Source: Candidatus Pacearchaeota archaeon
GTDB lineage: Archaea; Nanobdellota; Nanobdellia; Pacearchaeales; GW2011-AR1
DNA length: 64,000 nucleotides
Direction: 5' to 3'
Assembly: GCA_041654895.1 (NCBI GenBank)
Contig: JBAZCR010000001.1
Location: 11,057 to 75,056 of the forward strand
The position numbers were made by a program, and so were the translations under genes. The number at the start of each line of letters is the position of its first letter. Position 1 is the first letter of the stretch. This document shows, piece after piece, positions 9,705-16,408 of this stretch. Under the pieces are notes generated by a model. The model did no database searches, was not told the origin of the DNA, and saw nothing but the letters and a program-made list of their open reading frames with translations.

Positions 9705-10220
9705 TTATAAAATAAGGGGACAATAATGCTTATCTTGAGAAATACTCTCAAGAGTTTTTTTTCTAAAAACATAATGTGCAAGGCCATCTGCCAAATAAAC
9801 CAAATAATTATTTTGGTCTAAATAATCTTGTGAAATAATTTCTAATTGAGATTCTTCTAAATTAAACTTATCAAAAAACATGTTAGAAATAGAATCTATC
9901 TCTTTGTCTTCCTTTAAACCATCGATATATAAGGTTAACTTAGTTACATCACTAAAATCAAAAGGATAAAATAAACTATAGACTATTTGTGGGAGTAATT
10001 TGCCTGAAGGTATTTCAGATTTTAATTTTTCATGTAATAATAGATAAGAATAATCTCTTCTATAAACTTTTTTTAGAAAAGAAGAATAATTTTTTCTGTT
10101 TTTCTCAAAATGGTTTTTTTGTGTGTCCTTTTCTTTATTTGATAATATTAATGCAAAAACTTCTGGGAATCGTCCATGATTTGACTCATCTATTCCTGCA
10201 TAAAGGTTTTTCTTTTTCAT
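9705..10220 (-). CDS. RNase H-fold protein (RNase HII-like / DUF3800-like)
   Basis: 'YAGIDES', 'LYIDG', 'YLADGLAH' acidic motifs; 1-nt overlap with xerA stop. Confidence 0.6.
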   Translation of the reverse strand: MKKKNLYAGIDESNHGRFPEVFALILSNKEKDTQKNHFEKNRKNYSSFLKKVYRRDYSYLLLHEKLKSEIPSGKLLPQIVYSLFYPFDFSDVTKLTLYIDGLKEDKEIDSISNMFFDKFNLEESQLEIISQDYLDQNNYLVYLADGLAHYVFRKKTLESISQDKHYCPLIL

Positions 10221-11053
10221 TACAGATTCAGAGAATCTATTGGGCTTTTTATCTTTTTCAGTTCCTGAGTTGATATATGGGTGTATATTTGAGTTGTTGA
10301 TAAATTTGAATGACCTAATAATTCTTGGATTTTCCTTATATCTACATTATTCTCTAATAAATGGGTTGCGAAAGAATGTCTAAGTGTATGACAATGAACT
10401 CTTTTGTTTATATTTGCTTTTCTTGCAGCAGTTGTAACAATTTTTTGAATATTCCTTGTTGTCAACTTTTGTTTTGGACCTGAAAATAGGTAGATATTAT
10501 TATACTTTTTTTGTTTTTCCACTTGTTCCTTTAAATCCTCCATTAAAAAAAGAGGCAAATTAAAAATTCTATCTTTATTTCCTTTTGATTGTTTTATACG
10601 TCCTACTCTTTCATTAAAATCTAAATCATCTAGCCTTAAATTAACCAACTCTGAAACTCTTAAGCCACATGCGTACATTAAAGATATGATCAATTTTGAC
10701 TTTTCGTTGTTTGTTGAATTTATTAGGAATTTTATTTCATCTTTTGTTAAGACCGTAGGCAATATTTTATTTTTCTTAGGCCTTTTAACGCCCAAAGTTG
10801 GATCTTGATTTAATAAATTTGAATAAGCATATCTTATTGCAGCTAGAAAAAGAATTATTGAGCTTGAAGATTTATCTGAATATTTTTCTGCTAAAAAAAA
10901 CTTTATGTCTTCTGTATTTATCTGATTTGGGTTCTTTTCTAAGAAATCTATTAATTCGCTATTAGCTCTTAAATAATTTCGAATAGTATAATTTGAATTT
11001 TTTGTTATTTTTAATTCTATTTCTAATTTTTTTAAAAAATCTTCTTTATTCAT
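10220..11053 (-). CDS. xerA: Tyrosine recombinase XerA (XerC/D family)
   Basis: 'YACGLRVSE', 'KGNKDR', 'HTLRHSFATHLL', 'LLGHSNLSTTQIYTH': complete catalytic set; N-terminal core-binding domain; GGTGA SD upstream. Confidence 0.92.
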   Translation of the reverse strand: MNKEDFLKKLEIELKITKNSNYTIRNYLRANSELIDFLEKNPNQINTEDIKFFLAEKYSDKSSSSIILFLAAIRYAYSNLLNQDPTLGVKRPKKNKILPTVLTKDEIKFLINSTNNEKSKLIISLMYACGLRVSELVNLRLDDLDFNERVGRIKQSKGNKDRIFNLPLFLMEDLKEQVEKQKKYNNIYLFSGPKQKLTTRNIQKIVTTAARKANINKRVHCHTLRHSFATHLLENNVDIRKIQELLGHSNLSTTQIYTHISTQELKKIKSPIDSLNL

Positions 11054-11068
11054 AATTTCACCTATTTT

Positions 11069-11089
11069 ACTTCATAGATTGTACGAACA
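11069..11089. promoter_or_regulatory. Spacer-less dif-like double half-site in the xerA promoter (candidate autoregulatory operator)
   Basis: ACTTCATAGA+TTGTACGAACA resembles the two arms of the 11998-12025 site abutted; lies between the xerA TATA-like element (~11093-11100) and its SD. Confidence 0.45.
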
Positions 11090-11453
11090 AGTATTTATAT
11101 TTTTGTTTTAACATTAAAAGATATTTGTTTTTGAAAAAAAAGGTTTTTCGGTTTAACGAATAATTAAATCGAAGTATTTTAAATTTAAATTAAACTTGAA
11201 TAAAAATTTTTTGTCGAGGATATAAAGAAAGATTTTATATATCTAAAAGTTAAAAAGACTCACTTTTTCTAAAATAAATTATGAAAAAAAAGAAATAAAT
11301 TAAGTTTTGCTTATTTTTTAACTCTCACTTTCTAAACTATTTTTTAAGCCTTTTTTAAGGTTGTACGAACTAATTAAACAGAAGTTTTAGAGATTTTTGG
11401 AAAAGCTAAAATAGAAAAGGAAATATCTTTTTTAAGTAAAAACACTAATCAGC

Positions 11454-11924
11454 TTAAATAAGCTCCTTAGAGATACTTTTTTCATAAAAGGGTGTTTTAT
11501 ACCCTAATTCTTGTAATCTTTGATATAATTCAAATCTAAAACGAGAATTATTGATCATTCTATGGTGATTTGGGCATAAGCCGACTAAATTTCCAAAAGA
11601 GTTATTTTTTTTATTTTTGTCTAGATGATAAATATCAACAATTTTATCAAATCCACAAATTACGCAAGATTTTGTTATTTTTCTGAAAGTCTTTAAATCA
11701 ATATTATTTGACTTTCTTTGTTGATAGGCTCTTAGTTTTTCACTTTGGTAAACATAGTTATAACAGGAGGCACATAAACCTTTTGCATGAATGGCTTTTT
11801 TCTGTTTGCATCTTCCACAAATTTTAAATTTTGGCGACCAATTTAGTTTTTTATAACAAGAATAACAAAGACCTTTCGCATGGTGCTCCTTTTCTTCATG
11901 ACAATTAATACATTTTTTAATCAT
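11454..11924 (-). CDS. Zinc-finger repeat + HNH endonuclease-like protein
   Basis: Two CxxC-x6-HAKGLCxxC units, then 'CVICG...YHLDKNKKNN...NLVGLCPNHH'. Confidence 0.75.
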   Translation of the reverse strand: MIKKCINCHEEKEHHAKGLCYSCYKKLNWSPKFKICGRCKQKKAIHAKGLCASCYNYVYQSEKLRAYQQRKSNNIDLKTFRKITKSCVICGFDKIVDIYHLDKNKKNNSFGNLVGLCPNHHRMINNSRFRFELYQRLQELGYKTPFYEKSISKELI

Positions 11925-11937
11925 TTTAAAAAAAAGT

Positions 11938-11965
11938 CGTTCGCATATAAAAATTTATGTTAGAA
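11938..11965. other. dif-like site A (11-6-11), overlapping the HNH gene promoter
   Basis: CGTTCGCATAT-AAAAAT-TTATGTTAGAA; arms match E. coli dif (GGTGCGCATAA/TTATGTTAAAT) at 8/11 and 9/11. Confidence 0.5.
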
Positions 11966-11997
11966 CGGGTAGAATAAGTTCGATTTATACTATTAGA

Positions 11998-12025
11998 ACT
12001 TCATACAAGGTATATTATACGAACC
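11998..12025. other. dif site candidate (XerA target, 11-6-11)
   Basis: ACTTCATACAA-GGTATA-TTATACGAACC; left arm 9/11 to B. subtilis dif (ACTTCCTAGAA), spacer 5/6 to E. coli TGTATA, right arm reverse complement 9/11 to E. coli XerC arm; about 0.95 kb upstream of xerA. Confidence 0.7.
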
Positions 12026-12070
12026 TTGCTAAATTTCTTGTTATTTTATGGATTTTAAAATAGTTTTGAA

Positions 12071-12394
12071 TCATCTAAAAGCTAATTTTGCAAAATTTAC
12101 GAATTCCTCTAAATTTTTTAGTTTTTCTTTTTGTTTGTATATTTCCTCAGTCATTTCCAGTATATTTTGTTTGGCCAAAGAATTTACTTCTTCTTGAGAT
12201 ATGATAGAAAGATTATATTCTGTTCGACAATTAGGGCAATAAAAACCCTTATCAAGAGCATTATAATAAGAGAGAATTCTTGTTTTATCATAAGGACAAA
12301 TTAAATCTGTTATTCTTTCGATAGGATTAAAATTACTTAATGAAATTACTCTTACTTCCTTTGTTTTCCAATCTATAAACGAAAGAGATTCCAT
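12071..12394 (-). CDS. Zinc-ribbon + coiled-coil hypothetical protein
   Basis: CPYD...CPNC, helical C-terminus. Confidence 0.55.
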   Translation of the reverse strand: MESLSFIDWKTKEVRVISLSNFNPIERITDLICPYDKTRILSYYNALDKGFYCPNCRTEYNLSIISQEEVNSLAKQNILEMTEEIYKQKEKLKNLEEFVNFAKLAFR

Positions 12395-12629
12395 ATATAA
12401 TTCATAAGATTAAAGATATTTAAAATTTTCTATATTCTTTGACAATAAAGAAATTCTAAGAAAATTTATCCTATAAGATAAAGCCTATTATTTTATCTAA
12501 TAAATAAAATTCAGGACTTAATAGATCATTTATTGCAGGGCAAGTTTGCACAAAGGTAAACAAAGTGACAATATTAATTTAAGTACAATTACTCAAAATT
12601 TTAAAATAAAAAAAAGTTTTTTTACATCC

Positions 12630-12929
12630 CTATTTATTTTTTCTTCCTAGCTTATGAGAAATAAGATAATTTAATATAAAGCAGATCGAAAATGATAAAA
12701 TAATTAAAATTAGATAAGTCATCCTTATAGAAGAAATCATTCCAAAAAATTTTATAAAGGAATTTGAAAGAAAATAATTTTCTGGATCTAAAGAACATAA
12801 AGACCATGAATAAGTTGGATTCGGAACTTTTGGAGCAAATTTACAAGGGATAAATGGAATAAAAAGGGAAAGGATTAAGAGAAACAAAGAAACTAAAGCA
12901 GAAATTGTTAAATAATTTTTTACTTCCAT
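12630..12929 (-). CDS. Two-TM membrane protein with Cys-flanked loop
   Basis: Two hydrophobic segments around 'PCKFAP...WSLCSLDP'. Confidence 0.55.
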   Translation of the reverse strand: MEVKNYLTISALVSLFLLILSLFIPFIPCKFAPKVPNPTYSWSLCSLDPENYFLSNSFIKFFGMISSIRMTYLILIILSFSICFILNYLISHKLGRKNK

Positions 12930-13023
12930 AATTAGAATATAAGATACTTCTCTTTTTAATACTTTTTATAATAGTCAATAGAAAACAAACAGCCGTTTAA
13001 AACATAAACAAACAGTCAAAAAA

Positions 13024-13196
13024 GCTGTTTGGACAGCAAACAACAAACAAACAGCCAAAAATAAAAAATTAAATAAAAATATTAAAAAAGGATGTTTTAT
13101 CTTTGATGTTTATAAGAAAACAGATAACCATTAAAAAAGAAAGAAGACTAAGAATACTAAAAAAATAGAACTTAGCTGTTTGGACAGCTGTCCAAA
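13024..13196. repeat. Upstream copies of GCTGTTTGGACAGC and perfect 18-bp palindrome TTTGGACAGCTGTCCAAA
   Basis: GCTGTTTGGACAGC at 13024-13037 and 13175-13188; palindrome at 13179-13196 just upstream of the BRE/TATA (~13202-13216). Confidence 0.85.
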
Positions 13197-13236
13197 AAAT
13201 GGAAAAACTTATAAAGATAAACAATATTATTATAAT

Positions 13237-13848
13237 ATGTTTGGTGGTAAAAAGAGAGTAGAAATTCTAAGAAAAGAAGTGATAGAATCCTTTAATAATG
13301 TTAAAAACGATTTGGCGAAAGTGGGTAAATGGATTAAAGTTATAGACGATAAAAACAATTTAAATGAAAAAAACAATAGAGAATTGAAAGAAGAATTAAA
13401 ACAAATAAGAGAAGATTTAGAAGAAGTAAAAGGTAGCATAGAATTCTTTGGACAAGGATTGTCCAAACAGCTGTCCAAACACAAACAAACAAGTATAAAC
13501 AAACAACAAACAGTGTTTCCTGTCCAAACAGCTGTCCAAACAGCTGTCCAAACAGTTAAAATAGAGAAATTAACAGTTATGGAAAGGGCAATTATTTTTG
13601 CATTATTAAATAGCGAAATAAAATTAAGTTATGAAGATTTGGCAGCAATGTTTGGGAAAAGTAAAAGTACTATAAGAGGCCAAATTAATAATATTAAACA
13701 AAAAAATGTCAATTTAATTGAAGAATACACAGAACCAAATGGAAAAAAGAGACTATTTTTACCAGAAAAAGTCAAAAGCGACATTACAAAAGACATTAAA
13801 GTGAAAATAAAGCGTGAAAAACCTAAAAAGGCGAAAAGTGAGAGTTAA
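13237..13848 (+). CDS. Coiled-coil + winged-helix DNA-binding protein A
   Basis: N-terminal heptads, repeat linker (AVQT)3, C-terminal HTH 'LSYEDLAAMFGKSKSTIRGQINNIK' with wing; ATG 13237 lies ~27 nt after TTATAAA. Confidence 0.8.
   Translation: MFGGKKRVEILRKEVIESFNNVKNDLAKVGKWIKVIDDKNNLNEKNNRELKEELKQIREDLEEVKGSIEFFGQGLSKQLSKHKQTSINKQQTVFPVQTAVQTAVQTVKIEKLTVMERAIIFALLNSEIKLSYEDLAAMFGKSKSTIRGQINNIKQKNVNLIEEYTEPNGKKRLFLPEKVKSDITKDIKVKIKREKPKKAKSES
13447..13555 (+). repeat. Intragenic 12-bp CTGTCCAAACAG array
   Basis: Inverted pair TTTGGACAA-GGA-TTGTCCAAA at 13447-13467; near-tandem copies at 13460-13481; three exact tandem copies at 13520-13555. Confidence 0.9.
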
Positions 13849-14020
13849 AAATAATAAAAAGATATAGAAAAATCATTGAAAAGTGAGGGATTAATAAAAA
13901 AATTAAATTTTAAAAAGAGGTAAAAGAGAGAACAAGAATAAATATAGAGAGAATAAAAAGATTCAGAAACTGACTAAAGAAGAAAGATGAAGATAGTTAT
14001 TCGCTTAAACGAATAGTATC

Positions 14021-14728
14021 TTATAAATCTCTAAGTTTAATTATTGTTGATAAATTTGTAATCTCTTTAAGGGTTGAAGAGATAGAAAGTATAACTTTTT
14101 TGTTATTTAGCCTTCTTTTTGTTATAGGAATTCCTTTTTTAATCAATTTATTGACATAATCTCTTATAGAAGATTCGCTTAAATTTAATTTATCTGAAAT
14201 TAATTTATAGTTTATATTTTCATATTTTTGATCCTCATATGTATATATCGTTGAAAAGACTAACATTTCCTGGGATGTTAAATTTTTGAATGTCTTTCTT
14301 ATATCCTTTTTAACATCATCTAAAGAAGAAATTATTATATGAGCCTTTTCAAAATTAGATGAAATATTTAAAAAACCACTATTTTCATTTGAATTATTGA
14401 AATTTATGCCTATATTGTCTGTTGGTTTGTCTGTTGGTTTGTTTGTTGGAACCCCTTCATTTCCTGTGGAAAAAATGAAATTTTGAGCTTTTAAGCCATT
14501 TAAGAGGAGATTTTCATTAAGATCTATTGCTGGTTTGTTGGACTTATTATATTCACCTAATAGGTAATGTGTTGGAATTGCCTTTTTTTCTATTGAATCA
14601 ATTTTATTAGAATTTAGGTTTTGATAAGATCTTATAGCGTTTAATTCATTTTTCAATAAATCTAGTTCCTTTTTTAAAAAATTTATTTCTTCTTTGATTT
14701 TAGAAAATGCCTCTTTTAACATATCCAT
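14021..14728 (-). CDS. Coiled-coil + winged-helix DNA-binding protein B
   Basis: N-terminal heptads, linker 'STGNEGVPTNKPTDKPTD', C-terminal HTH 'INYKLISDKLNLSESSIRDYVNKLIKKGIP'. Confidence 0.8.
   Translation of the reverse strand: MDMLKEAFSKIKEEINFLKKELDLLKNELNAIRSYQNLNSNKIDSIEKKAIPTHYLLGEYNKSNKPAIDLNENLLLNGLKAQNFIFSTGNEGVPTNKPTDKPTDNIGINFNNSNENSGFLNISSNFEKAHIIISSLDDVKKDIRKTFKNLTSQEMLVFSTIYTYEDQKYENINYKLISDKLNLSESSIRDYVNKLIKKGIPITKRRLNNKKVILSISSTLKEITNLSTIIKLRDL
14415..14450 (-). repeat. Intragenic 12-bp tandem repeat x3 (TTGTCTGTTGGT)
   Basis: TTGTCTGTTGGT TTGTCTGTTGGT TTGTTTGTTGGA; partial copy near 14529-14542. Confidence 0.85.
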
Positions 14729-14783
14729 AAGAAAAGATAATCAAAATTATTTATATTTATGATTGTTTTTAATTATAATAATT

Positions 14784-15053
14784 TCATTGCATTTGTTTGT
14801 ATGCTTCATATGTTTTATTTGAAAGTCTCCATCTTAATCTTCTTTCATAAATTTGACCTAAAGAATTTCTATTTATTTTAACAACTAAACCCTTATTATT
14901 TAAGTCAAGAAGTAATTTCTTTATGAATTCTTCATCCCTTGCTAATTCTTTTGCTATATTACTTGTAAATACTTGTTTGGGTGAAATTAAAAACAAATAA
15001 GATAATATTTGTTCTGAAATTTTCTTTTTTTTTGACTCTGATATTCTTGGCAT
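14784..15053 (-). CDS. Small winged-helix protein
   Basis: 'FTSNIAKELARDEEFIKKLLLDLNNKGLV' HTH plus wing 'RWRL'. Confidence 0.7.
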   Translation of the reverse strand: MPRISESKKKKISEQILSYLFLISPKQVFTSNIAKELARDEEFIKKLLLDLNNKGLVVKINRNSLGQIYERRLRWRLSNKTYEAYKQMQ

Positions 15054-15153
15054 AACTAGATAAATAATATTTGTTTTATATAATTTACCAATTAAGAAAA
15101 TAAATGTCTTCGACTACACAAACATTTATAAATTATTTCTATTTAAACAAGAT

Positions 15154-15408
15154 ATGGAAAAAAGACCTTTTAAAAACTTTCTTGGAAAACAAGTTGTTAC
15201 AAAAGAAGGTAAAAAACTAGGGTTAGTTAAAGATATTACTTTTGAAGCAAGAACAGGTGAATTAATCCATTTAGTTATAAAAGATTTAACTAATTATACC
15301 AGTAACTTATCTATTGAAAGAACTAAGGAAAAGGAAGCTTTAATACCTTATAATTCTGTTATTGCAATTGGAGATTTTATTGTGATTTCAGAAGAAGATT
15401 TAATTTAA
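15154..15408 (+). CDS. PRC-barrel domain protein (CdpB-like)
   Basis: 'LGKQVVTKEGKKLGLVKDI', 'IPYNSVIAIGDFIVI'. Confidence 0.85.
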   Translation: MEKRPFKNFLGKQVVTKEGKKLGLVKDITFEARTGELIHLVIKDLTNYTSNLSIERTKEKEALIPYNSVIAIGDFIVISEEDLI

Positions 15409-15450
15409 ATAAATAATAAAATTTAAAAAGATATTTGGGTGAATAAAAAT

Positions 15451-15861
15451 ATGATAAAATTATTAGCATCAAAAATAACAAGTATTTTGGCTCAAAGAGA
15501 TCCTACTTTTAATGGGAAAATTGAATTGAATCAAAATATTAAAATAAAAAAAATAGAGAAATTTGCCTTGGAAGGTTCAAAAAAAGATTCTCTAAAAGTA
15601 AATTATATTTATGATATTGATTATAAAAAACTTGGTAAAATAAGTATTGAAGGTATATTATATTTAGATGTTGAACAAAAAATAATGAAAGAAATTATAA
15701 AAGACTGGAAAGAAAATAAAAAAAATGAAGAAAGACAATTAGAAATTATTAATATAATTATTCAAAAAGCTTCAATTAAGGCTATAGAATTAGAGGATCA
15801 ATTAGGGCTTCCAATTCATTTTAGATTGCCTTTTTTAAAAAGAAAAAAAGAAAATGACTAA
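15451..15861 (+). CDS. Conserved archaeal protein, possibly SecB-like/arcadin-1-like fold
   Basis: Beta-rich N-terminus, 'GKISIEG', C-terminal '[10 protein letters not shown]'; family assignment from memory only. Confidence 0.45.
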   Translation: MIKLLASKITSILAQRDPTFNGKIELNQNIKIKKIEKFALEGSKKDSLKVNYIYDIDYKKLGKISIEGILYLDVEQKIMKEIIKDWKENKKNEERQLEIINIIIQKASIKAIELEDQLGLPIHFRLPFLKRKKEND

Positions 15862-16066
15862 GAAAAAAAGAAAAGTAAATTGGATATTAACTCTTTTAAT
15901 GTCTATATTTTTTGGTGGTATTGGAGTAGATAGATTTATTTTAGGGCATATTTTTTTAGGATTACTTAAATTATTTACTTTTGGTGGTTTAGGTATTTGG
16001 TGGCTAATAGATTTGATATTAATTGCTACAAAATATAATTTTAAAAATATTATATGGGTTGATTAA
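15854..16066 (+). CDS. TM2 domain protein
   Basis: '[13 protein letters not shown]', '[19 protein letters not shown]'. Confidence 0.92.
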   Translation: MTKKKRKVNWILTLLMSIFFGGIGVDRFILGHIFLGLLKLFTFGGLGIWWLIDLILIATKYNFKNIIWVD

Positions 16067-16084
16067 TTAATTTAATTTTAAAAA

Positions 16085-16342
16085 ATACAGTCACCCTATA
16101 ATTTCTTATGGAATTTATTTAAATAATTAATTTAAATTAATTATTTTTATATTTTTATTTATAAATATTTATATTATATAATATATATTATATTATGATT
16201 GTTTTCTAATATATACATTTAATATTAAATTATTTGTATTTTTAATTTTTTCAATTTCATGTGGAATAGAAATTAAGGGGTGACTGTATAAAATTTTTCT
16301 TCGATAAATAAAAAATGTTCTTTTTATATTTCCATAAGAAAT
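16085..16342. other. Replication origin oriC: inverted ORB-like elements flanking an AT-rich unwinding element
   Basis: ATACAGTCACCC (16085-16096) and GGGTGACTGTAT (16278-16289) are exact inverted repeats; TTCCATAAGAAAT at 16101-16113 (minus) and 16330-16342 (plus); nearly pure A/T between; directly upstream of cdc6. Confidence 0.82.
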
Positions 16343-16408
16343 GATGGTAAGGATTCTTATCTTTCAATTATATTAAACTTTATATAGTTTAAATTTATAT
16401 TTTAATTA

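Noticed and set aside
11995..12028. Resemblance to loxP (19/26 arm positions), suggesting vector contamination
   Set aside because: Too diverged and embedded in native sequence; better explained by the general similarity of tyrosine-recombinase sites (dif).
13447..14450. CRISPR array interpretation of the 12-bp repeats
   Set aside because: The repeats are short, abutting, have no unique spacers, lie within ORFs, and no cas genes are present.
9125..14728. Provirus or integrated plasmid built around the tyrosine recombinase
   Set aside because: No capsid, packaging, primase/Rep or conjugation genes, and no adjacent tRNA or clear att duplication; the recombinase looks like chromosomal XerA. 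Not fully excluded without comparative data.
11938..16342. Unidirectional replication (ori and ter coincident) to explain dif beside oriC
   Set aside because: By eye, T-ending codon preference seems to favour minus-strand genes left of the origin and plus-strand genes right of it, as expected for bidirectional replication. This is qualitative only; a cumulative skew plot would decide.
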